A DNA stretch of 64,000 nucleotides from Pseudomonadota bacterium (GCA_043718025.1 JAYSWN010000069.1:3698-67697), one strand, 5' to 3'; positions 37,700-48,698 are shown, counted from the stretch's first letter. Translations and numbers: made by a program. Notes: generated by a model not told the origin, from the sequence alone.

Positions 37700-38620
37700 C
37701 TAGCGCCGTTTTCGGTAGGCTTCAGCCGACAACCGGGTAATTCGATCGGCCAGGTAAAAACCCACCCCAACCCAGATAAGGGTAAAAGCAAGTAGCCGTG
37801 TGTTGTCTAAAGGCTCTTGATAAACCAAGTAGCCCACTAAGAACTGTAACGTTGGCGCCACAAACTGCATCATCCCCAACAAACTGTAAGGTAGAGACTG
37901 CGCGGCCACCGAAAATAGATAAAGTGGTAACCCGGTAACCACTCCGGAGCCAATCAGCAACGCCACGTAGTAGGGGGTTAAGGCCACGTCGCTATGCGAA
38001 CGCAAATAAATTGCCGCAATCAGCGCCGGCACCACGCCCGCCGCCCCTTCCATCGCCGATCCTAAGCTTGGTTCCACGGCGATCACTTTTTTAACCACGC
38101 CATAAGCGCAAAACGAAGACGCCAGGGTCAGGGCAATCCACGGAAATTGGCTCGCCATGCCGATCTGAATCAAGATACCCGCCGCCGCAAAGGTGAGCGC
38201 CAGTTTCAGTGGCCAAGGAAACGATTCTTTAAAAAAGATCACTCCTACCGCCACGCTCATCAACGGGTTTAAAAAATAGGCGAGACTGGTTTCCAGTACC
38301 CTCCCCGAATTCACGCCGTAGATATAAATGCCCCAGTTCATGGCAATGAGTGCCGCCGCCAGAATCGATAGGCGAATTTGTCGGGTGGTTAGGGGTAGTC
38401 GAGCCGTTCCCCGCCGGTAGCGCACGTAAAGATAAACGAAGCTGTAAAAAACAAACGACCAGAGCACCCGGTGGGCCAAAATCTCAACCGCCGGCAAGGC
38501 CTTAAGCAACTTCCAGTAAATGGGAAAGAAGCCCCATAGAAAATAAGAGGTTAAAGCAATATAGACGGCGCGATTTGACGTAGGGTTCATTGAAAGTGCT
38601 GCCGAACGTAGTCGAGTCAC
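37700..38620 (-). CDS. rarD: EamA/RarD-family transporter
   Basis: Ten TM helices. N-terminal LTSYFLWGFFPIYWKLL is typical of RarD. Confidence 0.75.
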   Translation of the reverse strand: MTRLRSAALSMNPTSNRAVYIALTSYFLWGFFPIYWKLLKALPAVEILAHRVLWSFVFYSFVYLYVRYRRGTARLPLTTRQIRLSILAAALIAMNWGIYIYGVNSGRVLETSLAYFLNPLMSVAVGVIFFKESFPWPLKLALTFAAAGILIQIGMASQFPWIALTLASSFCAYGVVKKVIAVEPSLGSAMEGAAGVVPALIAAIYLRSHSDVALTPYYVALLIGSGVVTGLPLYLFSVAAQSLPYSLLGMMQFVAPTLQFLVGYLVYQEPLDNTRLLAFTLIWVGVGFYLADRITRLSAEAYRKRR

Positions 38621-38718
38621 TAAACGCGATCAACTGGGAAGTACAAAAGCCAACATCAATCATTGCTTAGCCGCATCCCCGGGTAGACGCCCCCCTTTTC
38701 CGACACTACACTGCCAAG

Positions 38719-40035
38719 GTGGCCAAAAAGATTCCCACCACTATTTTAGGCCGAACGGCCAGTCTGCTCGGTAGCGCCAGTAAAATCGTAGGGCGCGAAA
38801 TTGCCGCGACCATTTCCGAAACATTTAAAGATCGCCCCGAGTTCAAAAAGGCGCAAACCCGGGTAAAGCAGGCCCAAGACTTGGTCGAAAGCTTGTCCCA
38901 CCTAAAAGGCGCGGCCATGAAGGTGGGCCAGCTGCTTAGTCTTGAAATGAGCGACCTGCTTCCCCCCGACGTGGTGGAAGTGCTGCGCACGCTACACGAC
39001 AACGCCACTTTCCTACCGGCGCCCGAAGTGGTCAAAATTTTAAGGCGCGAACTGGGCCCCGAAAAATTAAAGCACATCAAAAACCTGAGCCCCGAACCCA
39101 TTGCCGCTGCAAGCATCGGGCAAGTTCACCGCGCCCAGATCCACGGGCAAGAGGTGGTGTTGAAGGTGCAGTACCCTGGGGTGGCCGAGAGCATCGACAC
39201 CGACATTGCGATGCTAAAAAAGCTGATTAACAGCATTCTCACGCTGCGGGGTCGTAAAATTTCGTTCGATTCCGTCTTTGCGGAATTGGCCGAAGGGTTA
39301 AAGATTGAAACCGATTACGGGCAAGAGGCCGACGCCATTGGCAAGTACGCGTCGGTTTTTGCCGATTACCCGCAGTACATCATTCCCAAAACGGTGCCCG
39401 ACTTTTGCACCAAAAAAGTTTTAACCCTGTCTTACGAAGAGGGCGATAAGCTTAATCTGTGGATCAAGCGACCGTGGGGCGACGCGGTTAAAGACCGCTT
39501 TGCGGGGCGCGTTTTAGATCTATTGCTACACGAGTTTTTTACCTTCGGCCTGGTTCAAACCGACCCCAATTATGGCAACTTTTTGGTGCGCGACGACGGC
39601 GACAAGTTAGTGCTGCTCGACTTTGGCGCCGTTCGCGAATACCCGCAAAAATTCAGAACCGATCTGTATTCTCTGTTGGCCTGCGCGATCACCTGCGATC
39701 GTGATAAAATTTCGGCGAGGGCGATTGAATTGGGCTTTTTGGATCCGCGCGAATCCGTAGCCACCAAAGATCTGTTTTTCACCTTGATGGAACTCATCGC
39801 CTCGATGTTTAAAGACGAAAATCAGCCTTTTTCTTTTGCGAGCGAAGTGTATTTAAAGAATATTCGCGAAACCTCAATGGAATTTGCCAACCAAGTTCAA
39901 TTCACCAGCCCGGCCCACCAGATCATTTTCTTAAATCGAAAATTGGGCGGCATGTACCACCTGCTTAAAGACGCCAACTGCAAAGTAGATCTGTCTCGTT
40001 ATTGGAAATCGCTTAAAACGGATCAACCAACATAA
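38719..40035 (+). CDS. ABC1/UbiB-family atypical protein kinase
   Basis: Kinase-like core: AAASIGQVHRA, LVQTDPNYGNFLV, DFGAVRE. Confidence 0.8.
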   Translation: MAKKIPTTILGRTASLLGSASKIVGREIAATISETFKDRPEFKKAQTRVKQAQDLVESLSHLKGAAMKVGQLLSLEMSDLLPPDVVEVLRTLHDNATFLPAPEVVKILRRELGPEKLKHIKNLSPEPIAAASIGQVHRAQIHGQEVVLKVQYPGVAESIDTDIAMLKKLINSILTLRGRKISFDSVFAELAEGLKIETDYGQEADAIGKYASVFADYPQYIIPKTVPDFCTKKVLTLSYEEGDKLNLWIKRPWGDAVKDRFAGRVLDLLLHEFFTFGLVQTDPNYGNFLVRDDGDKLVLLDFGAVREYPQKFRTDLYSLLACAITCDRDKISARAIELGFLDPRESVATKDLFFTLMELIASMFKDENQPFSFASEVYLKNIRETSMEFANQVQFTSPAHQIIFLNRKLGGMYHLLKDANCKVDLSRYWKSLKTDQPT

Positions 40036-40771
40036 AGCGGCCGGTTTGCGGATCGTAAATGGTATTAGCGTGGCCCGCGATGTCGAGCGGCCCGGTACCG
40101 TTGGGCAAAGTGATTTGGAAAGTTTTAAGGGTAGGATGGTTCAACTCTTTGGCCGCGGTCTCGACCTTCATCCCGGCAGCACGCAAATCACCCACAAAAA
40201 CCGCCACCCGTTGATTGTACTGCGCAACCAGCGCAGCATACTTTACGGCGTCTTGCCCCTTCATAAAATCTAGCACGTCAATTAGGGCAAAGCCTTTGAA
40301 GTCGGCCAACTTAACCGTGAGATTTTTTTGATCTACTTTGCCGATCTTAATCACCTCTATGGTCTCGGTAGCTTGGTGACCGGAGACCTCGTGGCCGGTG
40401 GCTTTGGCGAACCACTCCAAATAGTGAAGATCGCGTTGGTACTTTTGCGCGAGTTCAGTGGTGTTAGGAGTGTGTTCGGTGCTTACGTAACGCTTAAAAA
40501 CATAAGCGGCCCCGCTCGGCAGCGTGATGCGAAATACCATCGCGGTACTTCCCGAACCCAGTCGGGTCACTTTGCTTCCTTCTTTAAGTTTCAATCCGGT
40601 GAGGCCGTATTCCGAAAATTGCGCTGGATCCACCGCAACCCCCTTGTGATAGAGCCCTCGCCCCCAGACCGTCAGCTCGGGGTAGATTTCTACACAGGGG
40701 ACAACCTGCCGCTTGGCGTAAATGGGCACGGCCAGAACAACCAGAAGGCTAAATAAACAAAGTCGTGTCAC
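40013..40771 (-). CDS. Hypothetical secreted protein
   Basis: Signal peptide LLVVLAVPIYA. Confidence 0.5.
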   Translation of the reverse strand: MTRLCLFSLLVVLAVPIYAKRQVVPCVEIYPELTVWGRGLYHKGVAVDPAQFSEYGLTGLKLKEGSKVTRLGSGSTAMVFRITLPSGAAYVFKRYVSTEHTPNTTELAQKYQRDLHYLEWFAKATGHEVSGHQATETIEVIKIGKVDQKNLTVKLADFKGFALIDVLDFMKGQDAVKYAALVAQYNQRVAVFVGDLRAAGMKVETAAKELNHPTLKTFQITLPNGTGPLDIAGHANTIYDPQTGRFMLVDPF

Positions 40772-40809
40772 CGCAATGATTTTAGCAAATTCAGTGCTAC
40801 GTTGTCCGA

Positions 40810-41115
40810 ATGAGTGATGAGTTCAATCAGCTTACCGACGACGAAGGGCATGCATTAAATAGCCGCCCGCAAAGGCAAAAGCCGACCCCAATCGAAGAAA
40901 ATGGGGTGGAGGTGCCCTGGGAACAGTTGGATCCAGAAACCCTGGTACAGCTAATTAAAGGCTTCATTCTGCGCGAAGGCACCGATTACGGCGTACACGA
41001 AGCCCAGCTAACAAGCAAAATCGAACAAATTCAAAACCAGTTAAAACGCGGTGAAGTGAAATTTGTTTTTGACCTCACCACCGAAACGGGTTCGTTTGTT
41101 TCTAAAAAGCGCTAG
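40810..41115 (+). CDS. yheU: YheU-family protein (UPF0270)
   Basis: PWEQLDPETLVQLIKGFILREGTDYG matches the YheU consensus. Confidence 0.6.
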   Translation: MSDEFNQLTDDEGHALNSRPQRQKPTPIEENGVEVPWEQLDPETLVQLIKGFILREGTDYGVHEAQLTSKIEQIQNQLKRGEVKFVFDLTTETGSFVSKKR

Positions 41116-41116
41116 C

Positions 41117-42202
41117 TCACTTGCGCAGATCATTAATTCGTAAAATTTGAATGCCGTGGACAGAAGGTAGCAAAAGACAGAGGCGCAGGTAGTTGGCAAG
41201 CGGCACGGCTTTGGTCTTAAGGCCGCCGGATAGGCTGACGTGAATAAAGTAAGGCGTTCCCCTTTTGCGAAACACCAACCCCTGATGCGAGATCAATAAT
41301 CGCGTACCGGGAATACTGTAGTTGGGGCGAACAAAATTGACTAAAGCGCCCGACGGAATCTCCTTTAAAAAACGTTCGTCTACTTGGGCATCTATGATCA
41401 AGTAGTTTAGCTTAGCATCCAAAATGGCTTTGTGAATTGAGTCATGACGCTTGGCCTGCTCTTCGGCGGAGGTGGCGGGCGGCGTGGTGTCTTCAAGGTG
41501 CTTTTTTTGCACTTCCTCTTCTTGGATTCGACGATTGAGTTCAGCTTCGGGCACCTCCCTTTTGTTGATTAGCCGATCAAAGGGAATGAATTTTAAAGAG
41601 ACGGGCTGTGGAGGCAATCGCGCCGCCTCTTTCTGGAGCTCGGCATAGCGCTCGTTCCTAAGGGTGGAGTCTGCGCCAAATAAACGAACCACATCAAGAG
41701 GCAACTTTCCCACCCACTCTTTTTTTGTCTCTAACGCCGAGGCATCTCTAGTGCCCAAGGGACCGGCAAGCCCTTCGGTAATATCGGTCAAAAAGCCATT
41801 ACGCGAGTTATTGGGAACCCAGTCGCCGCACGGCAAGTGGTTACGACTCAAGAAATCAATTTTTCCATTTTTATACCGGATCTTTCTCATCCACGATGGA
41901 AACTCTTTGGCAGTGCGCGAGTGGGCAAGTGAGATCAAGGTTTCCACCAGCGTAGTGCAATCGAAACCATCGAAGCGAAAAAGTGGCCCCTGGTCAATTC
42001 GCCCGTCCGCGCCCTCGCCAAGTGGCTTAACCATGAATGGCGTGCCCAAAAACTTTTCGGCAAATGCCTCCAGACGTTCGGTAAAACCGGTCACCTTAAC
42101 GCTTCGCAGTAGATCCTCAACGTTATCCGACGCCCTGGTTGGCGCGTCTGCGCCCCACGCAAAGAATGAGGCAAAAACGGTTAGAATGAAGGCGTACGAC
42201 AT
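41117..42202 (-). CDS. Hypothetical secreted protein
   Basis: Signal peptide. No confident domain. Confidence 0.5.
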   Translation of the reverse strand: MSYAFILTVFASFFAWGADAPTRASDNVEDLLRSVKVTGFTERLEAFAEKFLGTPFMVKPLGEGADGRIDQGPLFRFDGFDCTTLVETLISLAHSRTAKEFPSWMRKIRYKNGKIDFLSRNHLPCGDWVPNNSRNGFLTDITEGLAGPLGTRDASALETKKEWVGKLPLDVVRLFGADSTLRNERYAELQKEAARLPPQPVSLKFIPFDRLINKREVPEAELNRRIQEEEVQKKHLEDTTPPATSAEEQAKRHDSIHKAILDAKLNYLIIDAQVDERFLKEIPSGALVNFVRPNYSIPGTRLLISHQGLVFRKRGTPYFIHVSLSGGLKTKAVPLANYLRLCLLLPSVHGIQILRINDLRK

Positions 42203-42273
42203 CTCTAACTCTTCGGCTTATACGCTTTATTGGCTTCGCCGTTTTCTTAGCTAAGTGGTAAATCACAGTTTCT

Positions 42274-44376
42274 ATGGGAGATTTTATGGCTCAACGCTTT
42301 GCATCTTTTTTTGTTTTCACCCTTCTTAGCTTGCCCCTCGCCTTCAGCGCCGTTGAGGATCCGAACCAGTGGTTAGAAGAGATCGAATCGCCTCAGGCGT
42401 TGGATTGGGCACGGGCGCATAACGACAAGACCATCCCTTTTCTTACCGGACTTTCGATTCACCAACAGATCGAGCCCGAGATTCGCAAAATTGTTCTCGC
42501 CACCGATCGCATTCCCTCGCCGACGCTGATGGGAAATTTTGTTTACAATTTTTGGCAAGATACCAAAAATGTTCGTGGCCTCTGGCGACGGGCCACCCTA
42601 GAAAGTTACTCGACTGCCCAGATTTCTTGGGAAACGGTTCTCGATCTGGACGCCTTAGCCTCGGCAGAAAAAGAGAACTGGGTCTGGAAAGGGGCCGATT
42701 GCTTGGCGCCCCATTATCAGAAATGTTTACTCCAGCTCTCTAACGGTGGAAAAGACGCGGTGACCGTACGCGAATGGGACACGCAAGCGAAGGCCTTTGT
42801 GGCCGGCGGCTTTACGCTGGCCGAAGCCAAATCACGGGTGGCTTGGCTGGACAACGAAACCTTGCTCTTAGGAACTGATTTTGGCCCGGGTAGCCTAACT
42901 CTCTCCGGATACCCACGTGTAGTAAAAGCGTGGAAACGCGGCACCAAATTGGAAACCGCCACCACTTTGTACGAAGGTAAAACCGATGACATGATGGTCA
43001 ACGCCCAAACGTTTCACGGCGTAAACGGCGCCTTCGCTTTTATTTCTCGCCGCGTCGCCTTCTTCGAGCAGGAACTTTTTCGCGTTGGTGAGCAGAATAA
43101 AATCACGCCCCTGCCCCTTCCTCTAGACGTCGAGATTCATGGAGTTGTCGAAGGGCGCCTGTTGTTCAGCAACAAGAAGGTTATTGGGCGCGGAAAACAG
43201 AGTTACGTGGCCGGTTCATTGCTAGCTTTACCGCTCACCAAAATGAAACCCGACGCTGCGTTTGAAGTTCTCTACGCGCCAACGGCACACACTTCAGTTA
43301 GTCAGGTGACTATCACCGGTCAGACAGTGCTCGTGAACCTTCTCGATGACGTGAAGGGAAAGCTCATTCGCTTGCAAAGGGGTACTCAGCGGTGGAAAGC
43401 GCAGAACGTTGCTTTCCCGCTGGATGGCACTTTAAACGTCGTTGCCGCCGACGAGGTCTCTGAAAATGCTTTCGTCAGCTACGAAAGTTTTCTTACGCCG
43501 CCATCGCTTTACTTACTCGTCAAGCAGGAGCCGACGCTCACCAAACAGCTGCCGGCACGTTTCGAGGCCAGCGCCTTTGAAACCAAGCAGCAATGGGCGA
43601 AGAGTAAAGACGGGGTTAACGTTCCCTATTTCGTAGTTCAAAAAAAGGGGCTCAAGCTCGACGGCAGCCATCCAACGTTGCTGTACGGATACGGTGGTTT
43701 TCTACTAGCCCAAAAACCAAGTTATCTCTCGGCCACCGGAAAGGTGTGGCTAGAGCGCGGAGGCGTTTACGCCTTAGCTAACATAAGAGGCGGCAATGAA
43801 TTTGGCCCGGGCTGGCACCAAGCCGCGTTAAGAGAAAAGCGGCAAAGTGCATTCAATGATTTCATCGCGGTGGCCGAAGATTTGATTGCGAAGAAAATAA
43901 CGTCACCGGCGAAGTTGGGCATTCGCGGCGGAAGCAACGGCGGCTTGCTGATGGGGGCCATGCTTACCCAACGCCCGGAACTATTCGGCGCCATAGTTTG
44001 CCAAGTGCCGTTGCTCGACATGCTGCGATTTCATAAGCTGCTGGCCGGTCATAGCTGGACCGCCGAGTACGGAAACCCCGATAACGCAAAAGACGCTGAG
44101 TACATAGCCAAATACTCACCGTACCAAAATGTAAAAGCCGGGGTGAAGTACCCAAAAATGTTCGTGCTCACGTCGACCAAAGACGATCGCGTGCATCCGG
44201 GGCACGCCAGAAAAATGGTGGCAAAGCTAGAAACTCTAAGCCAACCCGTTCTATATTACGAAAACATTGAGGGTGGTCACGGCGGGGCGGCAAACTTAGA
44301 GCAGACCATTCGCAATACCGCTCTGTACTTTAGTTACCTGTGGGATCAGTTGGGTACCGTCAACTCGGTGAAGTGA
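42274..44376 (+). CDS. Prolyl oligopeptidase family serine peptidase (S9)
   Basis: Signal peptide, an N-terminal beta-propeller region, and the C-terminal GGSNGGLLMGA nucleophile with Asp/His downstream. Confidence 0.85.
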   Translation: MGDFMAQRFASFFVFTLLSLPLAFSAVEDPNQWLEEIESPQALDWARAHNDKTIPFLTGLSIHQQIEPEIRKIVLATDRIPSPTLMGNFVYNFWQDTKNVRGLWRRATLESYSTAQISWETVLDLDALASAEKENWVWKGADCLAPHYQKCLLQLSNGGKDAVTVREWDTQAKAFVAGGFTLAEAKSRVAWLDNETLLLGTDFGPGSLTLSGYPRVVKAWKRGTKLETATTLYEGKTDDMMVNAQTFHGVNGAFAFISRRVAFFEQELFRVGEQNKITPLPLPLDVEIHGVVEGRLLFSNKKVIGRGKQSYVAGSLLALPLTKMKPDAAFEVLYAPTAHTSVSQVTITGQTVLVNLLDDVKGKLIRLQRGTQRWKAQNVAFPLDGTLNVVAADEVSENAFVSYESFLTPPSLYLLVKQEPTLTKQLPARFEASAFETKQQWAKSKDGVNVPYFVVQKKGLKLDGSHPTLLYGYGGFLLAQKPSYLSATGKVWLERGGVYALANIRGGNEFGPGWHQAALREKRQSAFNDFIAVAEDLIAKKITSPAKLGIRGGSNGGLLMGAMLTQRPELFGAIVCQVPLLDMLRFHKLLAGHSWTAEYGNPDNAKDAEYIAKYSPYQNVKAGVKYPKMFVLTSTKDDRVHPGHARKMVAKLETLSQPVLYYENIEGGHGGAANLEQTIRNTALYFSYLWDQLGTVNSVK

Positions 44377-44383
44377 TGTTGAA

Positions 44384-45652
44384 TTAATTACGCGAAAAGA
44401 CGCCCACCACTTCCACGTGGTGCGACCAGACAAATTGGTCGATGAGTTGAAGCGAGTTTAGTTGATAACCACCGTCGCACAATATGCGGGCATCGCGGGC
44501 AAACGACATGGGATTACAAGAGATCGCCACTAAAGTGGAAATTCTTGATGACGCCAGCGCCTCCGCTTGGCGCTCACAACCCGCCCGCGGCGGGTCAAAA
44601 ACCACGGCGTCGTATCGTCTGAGATCTTCACGCCGTAAAGGATTCTTAAATAAATCGCGCCGAATGGCCTTTAACGGAAATCGGCCCGCGGCTTTTCCCA
44701 ACGCCTTAACCGCCGCCGGTGACATTTCAAACGCGTCTACCGTTCCTTTGGCGAGCATTGGCCCCGAAAAAGTGCCGCAGCCCGAAAACAGATCCGCAAA
44801 ATTGCCCTTGGCCGGTAAAGCGTCCATTACCGCTTTTACTAGCGCCCTTTCCCCCTCGCGCGTGGGTTGCATAAAGGCGGCGGGAGGAAGCGCCACCGTA
44901 AGCTCGCCAAATTTAGCCAACAATTGCCCGCTGCCCAACAGCCCGTGAACCGCCGAATCCTCATTAGTTCGCCAACTCAAGCGGGCCACCTTTTTGCTGG
45001 TGAAAAGCGGCATCAGCGCGTCGACCACAAACTTATCGGGCTCATCAAACTTACCGAGCGGTCCAGTAATCACGACTTCCGCATTTTCTCCAACCAGCTG
45101 AATAAAAATATCCACCGCTTTGCCTTCGGTGAGAATTCGGCCCAGTAGCGGCTTAACCGCATCCCGAATGGCCAATATTTTCGGATCGGCCACCAGGCAG
45201 GTATTGATATCGGAAATCTGGCGTGATCGGCGGCGGTAGTAGCCTAAAATCACTTGCCCCTTTTGGCGTAGGGCAGAAAACGTGGCTCGCCGCCGGGTCT
45301 GAGCCGGCACGAACACCGGCGGCAATAGCCGGCGTGGGCTTACGCGCACTTTACGAAGTGCGTCTTTGACCATCTCGACTTTCCAATCGCGATAATACTT
45401 TTCGTTAAGGTGCTGGAGGCTGCAATTTCCGCACACGTCATAATGGCGGCAGGGCGCCGGCTGGCGAAAGGGAGATGGCTTCACCAGGTTTACCACTTCG
45501 GCCCGAATGATACCTTGGCCGTCGCGCTGGATTTTGGCTTTGATGCGGTCGCCGGGCAGCCCGCGATCCACAAACACCCGGCCGCGGGGGCCAAAGTGAA
45601 TGCCGTCGCCCTGGGGGCCCAGTTGTTGAATAGTGAGATCGGCAAACGCCAT
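44384..45652 (-). CDS. rlmD: 23S rRNA (uracil-C5)-methyltransferase, RlmD/RumA family
   Basis: TRAM domain N-terminus, Fe-S Cys cluster CRHYDVCGNCSLQH, and C-terminal MTase motif DPPRAGC. Confidence 0.8.
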   Translation of the reverse strand: MAFADLTIQQLGPQGDGIHFGPRGRVFVDRGLPGDRIKAKIQRDGQGIIRAEVVNLVKPSPFRQPAPCRHYDVCGNCSLQHLNEKYYRDWKVEMVKDALRKVRVSPRRLLPPVFVPAQTRRRATFSALRQKGQVILGYYRRRSRQISDINTCLVADPKILAIRDAVKPLLGRILTEGKAVDIFIQLVGENAEVVITGPLGKFDEPDKFVVDALMPLFTSKKVARLSWRTNEDSAVHGLLGSGQLLAKFGELTVALPPAAFMQPTREGERALVKAVMDALPAKGNFADLFSGCGTFSGPMLAKGTVDAFEMSPAAVKALGKAAGRFPLKAIRRDLFKNPLRREDLRRYDAVVFDPPRAGCERQAEALASSRISTLVAISCNPMSFARDARILCDGGYQLNSLQLIDQFVWSHHVEVVGVFSRN

Positions 45653-45736
45653 GGCGGGCTATTAACCACAATTTAAGGCGTGATTGCCAATGAAAAGGCG
45701 CTTAACGCGTCTAACTACTCCTGGTGATGCCCGATT

Positions 45737-46126
45737 CTAGTCTAGCGGCGCACCCATCTGAGCAAACAGGGTGGCCTTATCCCAGTACCCTCGCTGGGTT
45801 TTGATTTTGCCGTCCACGATGTGAAAAAAACCACTGCCCCTAAGCGCAAACGGCTTTCCATTGGGCTTAAAGGTACCGCCGCTCGACCACTCCAGCCCAA
45901 CCCAATCGCCATCTTCTAAAAAATTTTCTTCGCGGGTGAAATGGTCAGGTATCGAGGCAAAGAACTCGGCATAGTCTTCGTGAATTGCCTTTTTTCCGCA
46001 AAGCGGTTCGCCCACCGCAATCTGTAAGTTTACCGCGTCATCATGATATAGCGCAGCCAGGCCATCGGCATTGCCGCTGTTCATGCAACTGATCCACTCT
46101 TTAAGCACTTGTTTGGGTGTTTTCAA
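45737..46126 (-). CDS. SnoaL/NTF2-like small protein
   Basis: 129 aa with the cone-shaped fold pattern (alpha+beta). Confidence 0.55.
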   Translation of the reverse strand: MKTPKQVLKEWISCMNSGNADGLAALYHDDAVNLQIAVGEPLCGKKAIHEDYAEFFASIPDHFTREENFLEDGDWVGLEWSSGGTFKPNGKPFALRGSGFFHIVDGKIKTQRGYWDKATLFAQMGAPLD

Positions 46127-46147
46127 AAACGCCTCCGCTAGCAGCGG

Positions 46148-46975
46148 TCACTTTACCAGGCGAATGCCCTCTTTTTCAAAGGTGATGCGTCCTTGTTTCA
46201 AAAGGCCACCCACCGCCATTTTGTACTTTTTCTTACTCACCCCGAGTAGGTCGGAGATCTCTTCGGGGGTGGACTTATCGTTAATGGCGAGAAAACCGCC
46301 GACTCTGGCCAGGAGCGAAATAATCTGCTCGCCGATATCTCCGGCCGCTTCAAAACCTGCGGGCGTCAGGCTGAGATCAATTTTTGAGTCTTCGCGCACT
46401 TTCTTAATGTAGCCAATTCTGCGATCCCCCGTTTCGACAGGTGAAAAGATCTCATTCTGATAAATCACACCCGCGTGGCGGTGATTGATGATCGCGTTAA
46501 AACCTAAATCACTCTGACGGGTGATGAGCAGACTCACCTTTTGGCCAACAAAATAATCCCCCGGAGTCTTGTCAAAAAAATCGTCTTCGCGCATCGAGGC
46601 GGTGATCCGGCCGCGGTTGTCTAAAAAAGCGAAGACGATCACCCCTTGTCCCTTTTGCACGCTCTGGGAAAACTCGCGCGCCGGCAGAAACAGATCTTTA
46701 TCCAAACCCCAATCGAGAAAGGCACCGCTGTCGGTGACCCCTAAAACTTCGAGCCAGGCAAACTCCCCCACCATGATGTAGGGGCGATCGGTGGTTGCCA
46801 CCAGCTGCTCGGAAGCATCGTAATACAGAAACACGTTGATCGTCTGTCCCTCACGGCACTCTTTGGGGGCCAGAGCGAGAGCGAGTGGAATCTCACCAAA
46901 TTCAGCGCCATCTAAAAGCACGGCCTGCGGGGTGACTTCGAGCACGGTTAGGTTATTTAGGCGGCCGATCTGCAT
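46148..46975 (-). CDS. cvfB: CvfB/YitL-family S1-like RNA-binding protein
   Basis: Tandem S1-like repeats and a C-terminal winged helix. The start is trimmed to MQIGRLN to avoid overlap with the upstream protease gene. Confidence 0.7.
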   Translation of the reverse strand: MQIGRLNNLTVLEVTPQAVLLDGAEFGEIPLALALAPKECREGQTINVFLYYDASEQLVATTDRPYIMVGEFAWLEVLGVTDSGAFLDWGLDKDLFLPAREFSQSVQKGQGVIVFAFLDNRGRITASMREDDFFDKTPGDYFVGQKVSLLITRQSDLGFNAIINHRHAGVIYQNEIFSPVETGDRRIGYIKKVREDSKIDLSLTPAGFEAAGDIGEQIISLLARVGGFLAINDKSTPEEISDLLGVSKKKYKMAVGGLLKQGRITFEKEGIRLVK

Positions 46976-47081
46976 GGCTGGAGTGTTTACAGCAACTGCA
47001 TGAAAAAAGGTAGGGTGGTTTCGATCGGGGAGAGCAGCAGAGCGATCCCCCGAAAAATTCGGAGGACCGCCGCGTGTTGAA

Positions 47082-47939
47082 TTACTTAGGTAATTTGCAG
47101 TTTTCAAGCGTGAGGTCGATTTTGTTATCGGCCCCCATGCAATCGTAAACCCAAGAAATTTGCTGGCCGTAGCTCAAGCCTTTCTTGAAGGTGATTTTGC
47201 CGTCTTTGTCCTCTTCGCATGGGTTGTTCAACGTGCACTCCTGGCCGCTTTCATTGCCAGTGTTATTCACGCCGACCACGGTTTTAGAACCCGCGGCAAT
47301 TACCGGCGAACCTGAAGTTCCAGGAATGGTTTCGCATCCGGGTTGCGAATAGCGAACTGACTGCTCCCAAGTCCAGCCGCCCTCTTTCAATTTGTGAACC
47401 GTATCGCTAACCGCACAGGAGTAGCCGCGTTTCCAATAGCCCGACAACACTTCGATGGGCGCTTGCGAAACCACCCGCTCCGAAGCCAGCGTTAGCGGCG
47501 CCACGCTAAATTCACTTTTAATTTCATCATAAGTTTTTTCCACCTGGTACAAAGCCATGTCGGTGAGGGTCATGGTGCCGTAGAGAATCTGTTTCGCGGT
47601 GACTCGGCCCGCGGATTTTGCGGCCTTGTTTAAAAGCGTGAAGCTACGGGTCGAGGCTTTGTTCAGCACGAACTGGCCCGGCTTCATAAAGCCGCCTTCG
47701 AGGCAATGGCCGTTGGTCAAAACCATGGCGGCATCGCTATCGGAAGAGGTTTCAAAGCGAACCAAACTCCCGGAGCAGTTATTAAGCGCCACGATGCCCT
47801 CAAAGTCGTGGTCGTCGGAAAAGGTGTCGGGCATTAAGCCGCCATCCAAAAGTTCCAAAGACTGGTTAAGGTGAAGTGGCAAGGCGTTAGCTTGAAACGC
47901 AAGCACCGCCGTAAATACGAACGCAAGAGTTTTTGTCAT
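47082..47939 (-). CDS. Secreted trypsin-like serine protease (S1)
   Basis: Start trimmed to MTKTLAFVFTAVLAFQANA (signal peptide). TNGHC (His) and GTSGSPV (Ser) motifs. Confidence 0.7.
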   Translation of the reverse strand: MTKTLAFVFTAVLAFQANALPLHLNQSLELLDGGLMPDTFSDDHDFEGIVALNNCSGSLVRFETSSDSDAAMVLTNGHCLEGGFMKPGQFVLNKASTRSFTLLNKAAKSAGRVTAKQILYGTMTLTDMALYQVEKTYDEIKSEFSVAPLTLASERVVSQAPIEVLSGYWKRGYSCAVSDTVHKLKEGGWTWEQSVRYSQPGCETIPGTSGSPVIAAGSKTVVGVNNTGNESGQECTLNNPCEEDKDGKITFKKGLSYGQQISWVYDCMGADNKIDLTLENCKLPK

Positions 47940-48095
47940 TAGTCCCCCAAAGACGAATTGCAGATTTAAGTGAAATCTATACGAAAAAAAAACAATGCAA
48001 ACGCGCGTGGTGTCAGCGGCGTTTCGCCAAGCATTCAAAACGTGAGTTTTGATTGCGACGCTTTGCGGCGACTGTTTCGCAAATTAGAGGGACAA

Positions 48096-48698
48096 TTATT
48101 TTTTCAGGGCGCTGATTACGGCGCCAATCAGGTCTACATTTTCGGGAATATTATGTTTTCCGTAGGCGTCACGGGGAGCAATAAAGACCACGCCCTTTTT
48201 CTGAAGCTGCTTCACATTCTCTTCGAAAATACTATTGTGCATGTCGCCGTGCATGGTCGGCGCCACCAAAATTTTAGTTTTGCCCCGTTCCATCAGGCCC
48301 AAGGCCGAAGCCAAAGTGGTGGTGAGCACGCCATCGGCCACGCCGATCGCAAATTTATTGATCGTGTTGTAGGTCGCCGGAGCAAGCAAATACGCATCGA
48401 ATGGCTGATCTTTGTGCAGATGCTCGGAGGCCGAGGTTAGCTCGCTTACTACGGAGTTGGTGGTCGCCCACTCCAGCGCCATTTTGGTGGTGTAGTTTAG
48501 CGCGTCTTTAGAAACGTAGGCGGTAACGTTAGCGCCGTGGCGACGAAGATCACGCGCCAACATTGGCGCCCGTATGGCGGCAATTCCGCCGCTTATCAAC
48601 AGGGCAAGGTTTCTCCCCTTCAGTTCCACTCCTAGTTGAGGAACGTCATGATCACCCATTTTAGATTCGGTTGGCGGACGTACAGACCACATAGGCAA
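48096..48698 (-). CDS. Flavoprotein of the HFCD family (CoaC/phosphopantothenoylcysteine-decarboxylase-like)
   Basis: N-terminal LLISGGIAAIRAPMLARDLRRHGANV is typical of the Flavoprotein fold. Confidence 0.6.
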   Translation of the reverse strand: MPMWSVRPPTESKMGDHDVPQLGVELKGRNLALLISGGIAAIRAPMLARDLRRHGANVTAYVSKDALNYTTKMALEWATTNSVVSELTSASEHLHKDQPFDAYLLAPATYNTINKFAIGVADGVLTTTLASALGLMERGKTKILVAPTMHGDMHNSIFEENVKQLQKKGVVFIAPRDAYGKHNIPENVDLIGAVISALKK